NCBI GenBank assembly: GCA_049424145.1
Contig: JBMSSC010000062.1
Location: 1-15,291 of the forward strand
Length of the DNA: 15,291 nucleotides
Direction: 5' to 3'
Source: Bdellovibrionia bacterium
GTDB lineage: Bacteria > Bdellovibrionota > UBA1018
Under the pieces are notes generated by a model, which was not told where the DNA came from, did not search any database, and worked only from the letters and a program-made list of their open reading frames with translations. Below, piece after piece: positions 1 through 8,946 of this stretch. The stretch's first letter is position 1; every line of letters starts with the position of its first letter. A program made the translations under genes and the position numbers.

Positions 1-145
1 AAAATCTGTAAAGTACAGAACGAAACCTTTGAGACGTTGAAAGTCTGATTTGTTCGAGAATATTTGCCAGAAGGCGGCTTGAACGTGAAAGAGAAGACTG
101 GAGTCCAAAATTTAGACTGTCTCTCGGAGACACTGTCGAACTGCG

Positions 146-1129
146 GTGGGTAATGACCATAGCGGTGTAACTCCTGAAAGTTTGTTCAGGAGCGATTTGG
201 ACATGAATCGCCTTCGGGGAATCTTTGGTGTTCACGCCGGAGAGGATGTCAATAATGGTATCAAAGCAACGGAAATTAAGATTTTTAAATTCCCCGTAAG
301 TGAAATAACTACAATTCAAACTTCCTCGGGCGAAAGAAAGCGCGCCAAAGCCTATCTGTCGCTCAAAGTCATGAAGATCACTGGAGCGCAGCCTCCAACC
401 GCCCCAGACCTAATCTCTGGCAATTCACCCACTGATGGCAACACCATCTTGATCAACCTAACTTATGATAGCAATTCTAAGATCGTCGAGGAATGTGAGA
501 GCACAACCATGGCCGCATCAAGCTTAACCGTCCCCACCGGATCAGACTCAGTCACTGGTGGAAGCGATTGCTCAGCCCAAACCAGCGGAAGCATTATCGA
601 AAACTCAACCGGAGTTTTTATTTGCTTCAACAACACTTGGAAACAGTTAGAGTTTCAAAAGACCATGCCTGAACTCTGCAAGAGTCTTGGTGCGACAGTA
701 GATTATCCACCGGGCCTCAACGGCAAGCCTATTTGTGTCTTCGGAGGCGACACCTGTCCAACAAATCCAGCCGATGGGTCTAACGACTGGGTATAACTTC
801 AAAACTGGAGCGTCACAAGCCCCCAGACATACGAGGGAAAGAAGTGTAAAATAGGTACTTTTTATGCCAGCTCGACGGACTGCACCAGCTTGACTCAGTG
901 CGCCGAACAAACTTATCCAACGGAAAATTATACTTGCCGGACAGAGTCGCATGGTTTGAGTAATCCCACGACCATGATTGAACGCTGTTCTTATAGCACC
1001 CAATCCAGAACTGATAGAACAGGTAGATTTGGTTGCACAAACGACTCTATTAACTCCACGACTCAAACCTGCAATGCTTATTTGGTCAGAGTCGGATGCG
1101 TCTTAAAACGAGCACTCTCTCAATACTAG
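146..1129 (+). pseudogene. Cys-rich, Ser/Thr/Gly-rich extracellular (pilin/adhesin-tip-like) protein gene interrupted by one in-frame TAA at 794-796; 5' part probably also disrupted
   Basis: ORFs 146-796 and 890-1129 are in the same frame and 797-889 has no stop, reading ...DTCPTNPADGSNDWV*LQNWSVTSPQTYEGKKCK...TCNAYLVRVGCV. There are 14 Cys in total (6 before and 8 after the stop). The segment GSDCSAQTSGSIIENSTGVFICFNNTW resembles PilV/shufflon-type C-x-G-x-I...C-x3-W repeats. The product call is inference. Confidence 0.6.
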
Positions 1130-1179
1130 AGCTTCTTGAGTAATCCAATTCTGAATTAAAAAGCTCAGAAGTGATTTAA

Positions 1180-1208
1180 CTCCGCCTTAGCACAGAAGCA
1201 AAGCGGAG
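1180..1208 (-). terminator. Hairpin between the convergent pdxJ and Cys-rich genes; possible terminator
   Basis: Minus strand CTCCGCTTT-(11 nt)-AAGGCGGAG forms a 9-bp stem with one G-U pair, 30 nt after the pdxJ stop. The tail (TTAAAT) is only weakly U-rich. Confidence 0.4.
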
Positions 1209-1238
1209 GCTTCACTGTGCCCGATCCATCTCAATGCC

Positions 1239-2018
1239 CTAGGGAGCCTGAATCAAGGAGACCATCTCACGAACTGCTTGTTCCAGACCGACGAAGACGG
1301 CTCGACACACAATGGCGTGTCCAATGTTGAACTCTTCAATTAAACTGACCTGATCTAGAGTTTGAAGATCCGCCACGGGCTTAAGATTCTCGTAGTCAAA
1401 CCCATGACCTGCGTGCGCATGCAAACCTAAGGAGTGAGCGAGCTCGGCTGAGGCTTTGAGTTGCTTGAGCTGTTGCGCTGCAACCAACTTTGATTTTCGG
1501 CCAAACTCACCTTGAGCAGCGCGACAGTACTTGCCGGTGTGAAACTCCACGGCATCTGCTCCGAGCTCGTGACTGAGCTGAACAACCTCACAACTGGGCT
1601 CAATAAAGAGGCTCACTCGGATTTTAGCTTTCTTTAACTGCGCAATCCCTGAGGCCAGGGACTTTTTGCCGCGCGCCAAGTTCAGGCCTCCTTCGGTGGT
1701 GAGCTCCTTTCTTTTTTCAGGAACGAGACACACCCAATCTGGCGCGACTTTTTTTGCAATACGAAGCATTTCCTCTGACATCGCCATCTCTAAGTTCAAA
1801 GGGAGCTTGGAGTGTTTTCTTAAAGCAAACACATCGGCATCTTGAATGTGACGGCGATCTTCTCTTAAGTGAACGGTGATTTGATGCCCTCCTGCTCGAT
1901 CAACGGCATGGGCCGCATCCAGGAGATTGGGATAAGAGGTTCCCCTTAATTGACGAAGCGTTGCAACGTGATCAATGTTGACACCTAAACGAGCGGGCAC
2001 TAATGGTGGGAGATTCAT
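1239..2018 (-). CDS. pdxJ: Pyridoxine 5'-phosphate synthase
   Basis: Motifs LGVNIDHVATLRQ, ITVHLREDRRHIQ, LNLEMA, CLVPEKRKELTTEGGL, VSLFI, VEFHTG, HAGHG, EFNIGHAI. Confidence 0.97.
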   Translation of the reverse strand: MNLPPLVPARLGVNIDHVATLRQLRGTSYPNLLDAAHAVDRAGGHQITVHLREDRRHIQDADVFALRKHSKLPLNLEMAMSEEMLRIAKKVAPDWVCLVPEKRKELTTEGGLNLARGKKSLASGIAQLKKAKIRVSLFIEPSCEVVQLSHELGADAVEFHTGKYCRAAQGEFGRKSKLVAAQQLKQLKASAELAHSLGLHAHAGHGFDYENLKPVADLQTLDQVSLIEEFNIGHAIVCRAVFVGLEQAVREMVSLIQAP

Positions 2019-2027
2019 GGTGGATCC

Positions 2028-3443
2028 TCATGCTAGTTTTTTTCGAATCTTCTCGGCAATGGATTTGACTAAGGAATTAATCTGCTCAAAATCTTCCCCC
2101 TCCACCATCACTCGTAAGAGGGGCTCTGTGCCCGAGTACCGAACAAAGACGCGGCCTTTGGAGCCTAATGCGGCCTGGGCTTGAGCAATGGATTTGGCAA
2201 TCTCGGGAAAATTCTCAAGCGGTTCTTTTTTGGAAACTCGCACATCTTCTCTCACTTGGGGATAGAGCGTGATGGCTTTTTTCAGTTCTGAGAGAGTTTT
2301 TCCATTTCTTCGCATGGCTTCTAAGACTTTTAAAGCAGCCACGATGCCGTCGCCCGTGGTGGAGTGGTCCAAGAAGACGACGTGCCCGGACTGCTCCCCG
2401 CCTAAGTTAAGTCCATTTTTTCTCATGGAGTCCACCACGTATCGATCGCCCACTTGTGCTCTGACCATGGAAATCCCATGATCTCGCAACGTGTGTTCAA
2501 GCCCAATGTTAGACATCGGCGTGGTGACCACGGTGTTGTTTTTTAAACTCTTCTCCCGAGCCATTTGAATGGCACATAAGCCAATGATTTGATCCCCATC
2601 GACAAACTCTCCATTTTCATCCGAGAGGATGCAGCGATCGCCGTCACCATCCAAGGAGATTCCTAAATCGGCTCGGTACTTGACCACTAGGTCAGACATC
2701 GAATTGGGATGCAAGGCCCCACAGGACTCATTGATATTCATCCCATCGGGACTCACTCCGCTCCGAATGACCTCAGCACCCAACTCTTCAAACACCAAGG
2801 GAGCAACTTTATAGGCAGCGCCATTGGCACAATCCAAAACTATGCGAAGGCCCAGGAGATCTAAGTCCCTGGGAAAGAGGCTTTTTAAAAAAACGAGATA
2901 CCGCCCATGGACGTCATCGATTCGATAGGCTTTGCCAACGAGGTCACCGGTGGGTCTGAGTTTATCTAGGTCTTTTGAGAAGACCAGGCGCTCAATCTCG
3001 GCTTCAATTTCATCAGGGAGTTTGTACCCATCGGCGGAGAAGATTTTAATCCCATTGTCGGCAAACGGATTATGGGAGGCTGAGATCATCACTCCCGCAT
3101 CGGCTCTCATGCTCTGGGTGACAAAGGCCACGCCAGGTGTCGGCAGAGGACCAATTAAGATCACATCGGCACCCATGGAGCAAATGCCCGAAGCCAAGGC
3201 TTGCTCCAGCATATAGCCTGAGAGCCGGGTGTCTTTGCCCACGACGATCTTAGCGCGTCGGACTGGTTTGGCCGAATCGATGGGCCGAATTCCAACTGGC
3301 ATGGACCCTTTGACCACTTCAGCCGGGTTCGTGGCCAGAACGTGGGCAACGGCTTTTCCGACGGCCAGAGCAATCTCACTGGTCATGGGAAACTCATTGG
3401 CTAATCCACGAATTCCATCCGTTCCAAATAGTTTTCGGTTCAT
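2028..3443 (-). CDS. glmM: Phosphoglucosamine mutase (start reassigned to ATG at 3443, MNRKLFGTDG)
   Basis: Motifs FGTDGIRG, GKDTRLSG, catalytic SASHNP, DGDGDR, GGEQSGH, RYSGTEP. The track start at 3530 overlaps cdaR and precedes the conserved N-terminus. Confidence 0.96.
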   Translation of the reverse strand: MNRKLFGTDGIRGLANEFPMTSEIALAVGKAVAHVLATNPAEVVKGSMPVGIRPIDSAKPVRRAKIVVGKDTRLSGYMLEQALASGICSMGADVILIGPLPTPGVAFVTQSMRADAGVMISASHNPFADNGIKIFSADGYKLPDEIEAEIERLVFSKDLDKLRPTGDLVGKAYRIDDVHGRYLVFLKSLFPRDLDLLGLRIVLDCANGAAYKVAPLVFEELGAEVIRSGVSPDGMNINESCGALHPNSMSDLVVKYRADLGISLDGDGDRCILSDENGEFVDGDQIIGLCAIQMAREKSLKNNTVVTTPMSNIGLEHTLRDHGISMVRAQVGDRYVVDSMRKNGLNLGGEQSGHVVFLDHSTTGDGIVAALKVLEAMRRNGKTLSELKKAITLYPQVREDVRVSKKEPLENFPEIAKSIAQAQAALGSKGRVFVRYSGTEPLLRVMVEGEDFEQINSLVKSIAEKIRKKLA

Positions 3444-3495
3444 CTTTTTTAAAGCCCCCGTTTTACGCCCAGCGACTTCATTTTTAAACGTTGTC

Positions 3496-4431
3496 TTAAT
3501 ACAACGTGAGGTGTACTCGCTCTGGGACAACCTTCACCAGTTCAATTGAGCTCGGAAGAACAACCTTCAGAGGCTCAACATACTTTCCTTTGGGCCGATG
3601 ACTTAAATCCACCACGGCGTAGATTTCTTTGCGATCGATTTGAGTCAAGTCAGTTGAACTGGCTTTCACAAAAACACTGACTGATTTCTCTTCGATTCTT
3701 GATCTATAAAGAGATAAAACTCGAATGTCTACATGTTTAATTCGAAAGGTGGCCGACTGAGGAGCCACTTCCACTTGGACCCGTGGAAGTTCTCCATCCA
3801 ACTGAACTCCGAAGCGAGAAAGATCCAGAGCCACATCTTTTTCAACAGAAGACTTCAGCTCGGATAAATCAATCGGAAGGGTGGGGATCTGAGATAAGCC
3901 ATCGACTTTGCTCTCTGGCCCTTTGATTCGAACGAGCTCAGGCTTCACTTGGACCTTCACTAAACGATAGCCCTCAGGAGGGTTTCCCTGAAGCTCGACT
4001 CGCACGGGAATTTCCCGTCGCTTTAAAGATTCCAGCTTAACAAGAATTGAAATGGGATTGATCGAAAGAACTTTCACCCCAATGGGCAATCGAATGTTGT
4101 CTGAGAAAAACCGATAAGTCACCAAAGTGGGCTTGTTTCCCACTAAGTTGACTCGAATCGGCTCTTCCCTCCGATCCAAGATACTTCTTAAGAACGCTTT
4201 TGGCCCTGAAAGCCTGAAGGCAATTTTATCTGGAATCTCATTTGAAGCCACGATGTCTGGAGATGTGAGGATTTCAAGGGGAATCTCCTTAGTGACCTCG
4301 ACGTTTCTGGATCCTAAGACGACGCCCCAAAGCACCATGGCAATGGCCACTGAGATGATCTTAGTCCCCAGGTTCTTAGAAACGAGCTCCCAGAGGTACC
4401 CTGAGAGTGATCCTCTTCGACTATTCCTCAT
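3496..4431 (-). CDS. cdaR: CdaR/YbbR-family regulator of diadenylate cyclase
   Basis: Single N-terminal TM segment (KIISVAIAMVLWGVVL), beta-rich YbbR-like repeats (VKPELVRIKGPES, VVDLS..PKGKY), located between cdaA and glmM, 11-nt overlap with cdaA. Confidence 0.85.
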   Translation of the reverse strand: MRNSRRGSLSGYLWELVSKNLGTKIISVAIAMVLWGVVLGSRNVEVTKEIPLEILTSPDIVASNEIPDKIAFRLSGPKAFLRSILDRREEPIRVNLVGNKPTLVTYRFFSDNIRLPIGVKVLSINPISILVKLESLKRREIPVRVELQGNPPEGYRLVKVQVKPELVRIKGPESKVDGLSQIPTLPIDLSELKSSVEKDVALDLSRFGVQLDGELPRVQVEVAPQSATFRIKHVDIRVLSLYRSRIEEKSVSVFVKASSTDLTQIDRKEIYAVVDLSHRPKGKYVEPLKVVLPSSIELVKVVPERVHLTLY

Positions 4432-5263
4432 AGTGATCCCTACTTTGCATTTCTAAAAGCCAATCCCTCATGCGCTTGGGCAAATTAGGTTGGGTTCTGG
4501 AGTAATCCAAAAGGGCCGTGAGGCTTTGACGAAGCTCCTCTTCATTGAGATTGGTGGTGATTTTTCCATTCTTCACTAAATGACTCTCACCTGCTTCCTC
4601 AGACACCAAGACCACAATGGCGTCTGAATCCTCAGTCAATCCTAGCGCTGCGCGATGACGAGTGCCGTATTTTTTATCAATGTTCGGATCCTTGGAGAGA
4701 GGAAGAAAACACCCGGCTGCCGCAATCTTTCCTTCCGTAATGATCACAGCCCCGTCATGAATTGGTGAGGAGGGAATAAAGATGGCATAGAGGAGTTCCG
4801 CTTTCACCCGAGACTCTAAGCGTGAACCCGTATCAATAAAGTTCTTAAGTCCCGTCTCGCGCTCAATCACAATGAGCGCTCCGATCTTCTCGCGAGCAAG
4901 CCGACTTGCGGCTCGCGCAATATCATCGATCATTTCCCGCTCTTCAGCCTGGGAAGTAGCCGAGAAGAAAGGGTTCTTCCCCACATGAGTCAACGCGCGC
5001 CTGAGATCATCTTGAAACAACACGATCACAATTAAGATCAGGTAATCAAAGAAGTAAGAAAACAGCCATTGTGCCGTGAACATCTCCATCATGTACGAGA
5101 GGTAAAATCCAATGCCCAGGATTCCAAGTCCTGTGAGCATTTGCATGGCTCGTGTTCCTTTGATCAGCAGCAGGATCCGATACACGATCAAAGCAACAAT
5201 GCCCACGTCTAAAAGGTCGATCCACCTAAAACTGGACTGTAGGTTCGCTAAAAAATCTCCCAC
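4421..5263 (-). CDS. cdaA: Membrane diadenylate cyclase CdaA/DacA (c-di-AMP synthase)
   Basis: Three N-terminal hydrophobic helices, then GALIVIER, catalytic HDGA and GTRHRAA motifs, VSEE. GTG start. Confidence 0.95.
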   Translation of the reverse strand: MGDFLANLQSSFRWIDLLDVGIVALIVYRILLLIKGTRAMQMLTGLGILGIGFYLSYMMEMFTAQWLFSYFFDYLILIVIVLFQDDLRRALTHVGKNPFFSATSQAEEREMIDDIARAASRLAREKIGALIVIERETGLKNFIDTGSRLESRVKAELLYAIFIPSSPIHDGAVIITEGKIAAAGCFLPLSKDPNIDKKYGTRHRAALGLTEDSDAIVVLVSEEAGESHLVKNGKITTNLNEEELRQSLTALLDYSRTQPNLPKRMRDWLLEMQSRDHYEE

Positions 5264-5307
5264 GTGACTTTTAAGCTGCGTTCTTCTGCTTTCAGGCCAG
5301 CACTAAA

Positions 5308-7242
5308 TCAAGCTGGTACAGGAGCAGGAGCAGCCCCTCCTCCCGATTCCGATTCTGAAACGCCTGCCACAGGAGCAGAGGCATTCGGAGTATTTCCCGA
5401 ACTCCCTGCTTGTGAAGGCTTTCTCTCGATTTTCTGACCCTGCACAATCTTTTCCACCTCAACGCCGTCAATCGTCTCAAACTCAAGAAGAGCGGCAGCC
5501 AGGTTATGAAGAATCGGCAACTGAGAGAGGAGTATCTCGCGAGCTCTCCGGTAGTTTCGCTCCACAATGTCTCGAACTTCCCGATCAATGGTCTGCGCCG
5601 TTTGTTCGGAGTAATCTCGGTTCTGAGCAATTTCACGACCCAGGAAGATGGCTTCTTCTTTTTTCCCGAACGTCAAAGGCCCCAGAATATCGCTCATCCC
5701 CCACTCGCAGACCATCCGACGAGCTAGCTCCGTTGCTCGCTCGATATCGTTTCCTGCGCCTGTGGTTTTTTCTTTAAACACGATTTCCTCAGCCACACGA
5801 CCACCCATTAAAAAGGCAATCCGATTCTCAGCCTTTTCACGGGTTAGGCTGGAACGATCTTCATTCGGGAGCGTTTGAGTCACCCCAAGTGCCATGCCCC
5901 TGGGAATGATACTCACCTTATGAATCGGATCTGTATCGGGTAGGAACTTGCCCACCAGAGTATGACCTGCCTCGTGATAGGCTGTATTGCGTTTCTCAGC
6001 CTCGGAAATGACCATGCTCTTGCGCTCAACGCCCATGAGCACTTTATCTTTGGCGTGCTCAAAATCACACATCTCGAGAAACTTCTTATTCACTCGAGCT
6101 GCCAGTAAGGCGGCCTCATTGACTAAGTTTTCCAGATCCGCACCCGAAAACCCTGGGGTCCCGCGAGCAATCACTTGTAAGTCCACATCGGAGGAGACGG
6201 GAGTCTTTCGGGTGTGAACTTTTAAAATTGCCTCACGCCCTCTGACATCGGGTGGAGACACCACGACTCTGCGGTCAAAGCGTCCGGGCCGTAACAGTGC
6301 AGGATCCAGCACATCGGGTCGGTTAGTGGCTGCAATAAGGATCACCCCATCGTTGGACTCAAACCCGTCCATCTCCACTAAGAGCTGATTGAGAGTTTGC
6401 TCGCGCTCATCATGGCCACCGCCTAGACCTGCGCCTCGGTGACGACCGACGGCATCAATCTCGTCAATGAAAACAATACAGGGAGCATGCTTCTTGCCTT
6501 GCTCAAATAAATCTCGAACTCGAGAGGCCCCTACCCCCACGAACATCTCAACGAAGTCCGAACCGGAGATGGAGAAGAACGGAACGCCCGCTTCACCTGC
6601 AATGGCCTTGGCTAAAAGAGTTTTTCCGTTTCCAGGAGAACCCATGAGTAAAACCCCTTTAGGAATTCTCCCTCCTAAGCGGGTGAACTTTTTAGGGTCC
6701 TTCAGAAACTCAATGATCTCTTCTAATTCTTGCTTGGCTTCCTCGGCACCTGCGACATCTTTAAAGGTAATCCGATTGTTCGCTTCGCTTAACAAACGAG
6801 CTTTACTCTTACCAAACGACATGGCTTTTCCGCCACCCACTTGGATCTGCCGCATGAACAGAAAAAAGACCACAAAAAGAAGGAGCATCGGAAACCAAGA
6901 AATCAGCATTTGCTGCCAGATGGGAGTTTTCTCAGCTCGCTCGTAGTTGGGGATGATGTTGTTTTTTTCTAAAATCTCAAAAACTTTTGCGTTCTCAGTA
7001 TCCCCGATGGTTTCAAAGTACTTCTTTCCTTCGTTACCCTGAGAATCTTTGAGTGCTCCAACAATTAAGTTGTCCGCTTTAAAAGTCACATCGGAGACTT
7101 TACCGTCTTTAACGAGTTGAACGAACTCACTGAATTTAATCTCTCTGCGATGCCGATTGCCGGTTTCAAAAACTTTAAACAAGCTAGCAAACAACAAAAT
7201 AAAAACAATCCACAGAGCAACAGTTTTTTGCGATGGCTTCAT
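5308..7242 (-). CDS. ftsH: ATP-dependent zinc metalloprotease FtsH
   Basis: Two N-terminal TM segments, Walker A GSPGNGKT, pore motif FVEMFVGVG, Walker [31 protein letters not shown], zinc motif HEAGH. Confidence 0.98.
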   Translation of the reverse strand: MKPSQKTVALWIVFILLFASLFKVFETGNRHRREIKFSEFVQLVKDGKVSDVTFKADNLIVGALKDSQGNEGKKYFETIGDTENAKVFEILEKNNIIPNYERAEKTPIWQQMLISWFPMLLLFVVFFLFMRQIQVGGGKAMSFGKSKARLLSEANNRITFKDVAGAEEAKQELEEIIEFLKDPKKFTRLGGRIPKGVLLMGSPGNGKTLLAKAIAGEAGVPFFSISGSDFVEMFVGVGASRVRDLFEQGKKHAPCIVFIDEIDAVGRHRGAGLGGGHDEREQTLNQLLVEMDGFESNDGVILIAATNRPDVLDPALLRPGRFDRRVVVSPPDVRGREAILKVHTRKTPVSSDVDLQVIARGTPGFSGADLENLVNEAALLAARVNKKFLEMCDFEHAKDKVLMGVERKSMVISEAEKRNTAYHEAGHTLVGKFLPDTDPIHKVSIIPRGMALGVTQTLPNEDRSSLTREKAENRIAFLMGGRVAEEIVFKEKTTGAGNDIERATELARRMVCEWGMSDILGPLTFGKKEEAIFLGREIAQNRDYSEQTAQTIDREVRDIVERNYRRAREILLSQLPILHNLAAALLEFETIDGVEVEKIVQGQKIERKPSQAGSSGNTPNASAPVAGVSESESGGGAAPAPVPA

Positions 7243-7382
7243 CTTCTCTTATCCCATCCCTCTTTAGTTTTGAACCCTAACATAAACCCACTGAACAAAT
7301 CAATTTATGCTTCTCAACCAGCGGTCCCTTTTTGTGGACCTAACCTGCCCCTGACTTGCGCATGAGAAGAAGAAAACTCCCC

Positions 7383-8423
7383 TTAAGAATCACCCGGGAG
7401 CTCAATTGCCTTGTTCTTTTTCTCTGCTTTTTTTTTCCTTCCCTCTTGGCTCTCCATTTTTTCCAAAACCCACTTCTCGGAAGACTGACTCGTTAATCGA
7501 TATCCGCCCGGCAGGTGAACTTCTCCTTGCCAAGGGGGGTCGATTTGCCGTTTCTGAGAAAGAAGATCCAAGTGAGAGCGACGGATCTGAAGACCCGCTG
7601 CTTGAATTAGAATACCATAAGGATCGACCGGCTGAATCGATAATTTTGATCCTCGCTTTGGATCAGAATGAAAAGACAGATCCTTGACGTTCTGCTGGGC
7701 AGAAAGTGCCAACTGCACCAAATGATCCACCGCTTTTGGAAAACAAGACTCCAAAGCAGGCATCAACTCTCGCCGCATCCTGGCTCGCAAAAAAGAAGTG
7801 GAAAAGTTGGTCGAATCCACTCGGTACTCTTGCCCCACTTCGTTGAGGTAGTCATAGATCATCTGCTTTCGAGTCGTTAAAAAAGGACGAAGCTCGACCC
7901 CTTGCTCAAGGACAATACCGCCTCCGTGAGTCTGAGCCGCCCCCGTACAGAGCCGCCAAAGGAGTGTTTCAGCTAAGTCATCCGCCTGATGCGCCGTCAT
8001 GACCCGAGCCTCCGTTTGGCTGGCTCGGGCTTGAAAAATAGCTTTTCTTCGCACTCGAGCATCTTGCTCCCACGAACTTCGCTTCGGCTTTAAGGAGGGA
8101 TCCAGGCGCCCCACGAAAACAGGGACGTTCCACTTTCTTCCCAACTCTTGAACAAAGAGCTCATCTTGATCCGATTCGCCTGCTCGCCACCCATGGTTCA
8201 CGTGCAGTAGCTCGATTTGGTTGCGCGGAACAACCCTTCTTCCGAAATGAACGAGCAAATGAGCTAAAGCCACTGAATCAGGCCCACCAGAAACTGCGAT
8301 TAGGATATGCGAATTTAACGGGAGAGAGATTCCCTGTGATTTCAAAAGCGCCAAAACGGATCGAATGAGCTTCCCCGCCTTAGGCCCTGCCTTGGGATAG
8401 CCTGTTTTTTTTTGGACTGACAT
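7383..8423 (-). CDS. tilS: tRNA(Ile)-lysidine synthetase, short and divergent form
   Basis: PP-loop AVSGGPDS, HVNHG, TAHQADDLAET, RPF, DSTN, and canonical position upstream of ftsH. Start is ATG 8423 or the adjacent TTG 8426. Confidence 0.88.
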   Translation of the reverse strand: MSVQKKTGYPKAGPKAGKLIRSVLALLKSQGISLPLNSHILIAVSGGPDSVALAHLLVHFGRRVVPRNQIELLHVNHGWRAGESDQDELFVQELGRKWNVPVFVGRLDPSLKPKRSSWEQDARVRRKAIFQARASQTEARVMTAHQADDLAETLLWRLCTGAAQTHGGGIVLEQGVELRPFLTTRKQMIYDYLNEVGQEYRVDSTNFSTSFLRARMRRELMPALESCFPKAVDHLVQLALSAQQNVKDLSFHSDPKRGSKLSIQPVDPYGILIQAAGLQIRRSHLDLLSQKRQIDPPWQGEVHLPGGYRLTSQSSEKWVLEKMESQEGRKKKAEKKNKAIELPGDS

Positions 8424-8453
8424 CAAGAACTTTCTTATCTCTTATTTCTTGTC

Positions 8454-8480
8454 TTGACCAAATCAATCTTCTCATATTAT
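8454..8480 (+). promoter_or_regulatory. Possible sigma70-type promoter for the tRNA
   Basis: TTGACC (8454-8459) and TATTAT (8475-8480), 22 nt before the tRNA in AT-rich DNA. The spacer is only 15 nt, which is suboptimal. Confidence 0.3.
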
Positions 8481-8502
8481 GAACTAACTCACTTCAGTTC
8501 AT

Positions 8503-8579
8503 GGCTGGGTACCTCAGTTGGTTAGAGGGCCGCATTCATAACGCGGACGTCGCCGGTTCGATCCCGGCCCCAGCCACCA
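8503..8579 (+). tRNA. tRNA with CAT anticodon, most likely elongator tRNA-Met (tRNA-Ile2 not excluded)
   Basis: 77-nt cloverleaf: acceptor GGCTGGG/CCCAGCC, D-stem CCTC/GAGG, anticodon arm CCGCA-TTCATAA-CGCGG (CAT at 8537-8539), T-arm GCCGG-TTCGATC-CCGGC, discriminator A, encoded CCA. A G1-C72 pair and the lack of the 3 G-C anticodon-stem pairs argue against initiator. Confidence 0.95.
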
Positions 8580-8741
8580 TTCTGAAAAAAAACCAAACAA
8601 AAAAATCGAAAACGCGCCTAAAGAAATTCTGACGAGAGTCTCACGAAAGCTTGAAGAAGCTTGGCCTTTCCTGGCCACGAGACAGCCTTCTTCATCCACA
8701 AGTCCTGATTCTCAAAAGAAAAACAGAATCACCCCACCCCT

Positions 8742-8916
8742 TGAGTCCTTTGGGCTGACTGAAGTCCATCGCCCCTCTCATTTTTTAACCCTCTCCAATC
8801 CACACGCCCAGCTTAAAAAAGGCCACACTCCCTCACAGAGCGTACCCGCCCAGCCTTAAGAGCCAAAACGCCCCAGACTGATCAAACTCTCCCGAAAAAC
8901 AGGCCCAAAGGGCTCA
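8742..8916. repeat. 14-bp imperfect inverted repeat pair enclosing degenerate direct repeats
   Basis: TGAGTCCTTTGGGC (8742-8755) and GCCCAAAGGGCTCA (8903-8916) are 13/14 complementary. Inside are CGCCCAGC-TTAA (8805) and CGCCCAGCCTTAA (8847). Confidence 0.5.
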
Positions 8917-8946
8917 TTCCTGGATCTGAGCACAACTCCATTCATT

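Noticed and set aside
956..1146. 11-bp direct repeat TTGAGTAATCC (956 and 1136) as a shufflon or cassette recombination site
   Set aside because: Only two short copies, with no recombinase or alternative cassettes in the window; compatible with chance.
6617..6645. FtsH Walker A variant GSPGNGKT
   Set aside because: It still fits GxxxxGKT and all other motifs are canonical.
8542..8858. Stop-free plus-strand frame of about 105 codons, and the antisense 61-aa ORF 8514-8699
   Set aside because: The plus frame has no ATG/GTG/TTG start, both overlap the tRNA, and the T-poor skew explains the lack of stops.
8742..8916. 6S RNA candidate (similar length, paired ends)
   Set aside because: The interior is strongly C/A-skewed and cannot form the extended rod structure.
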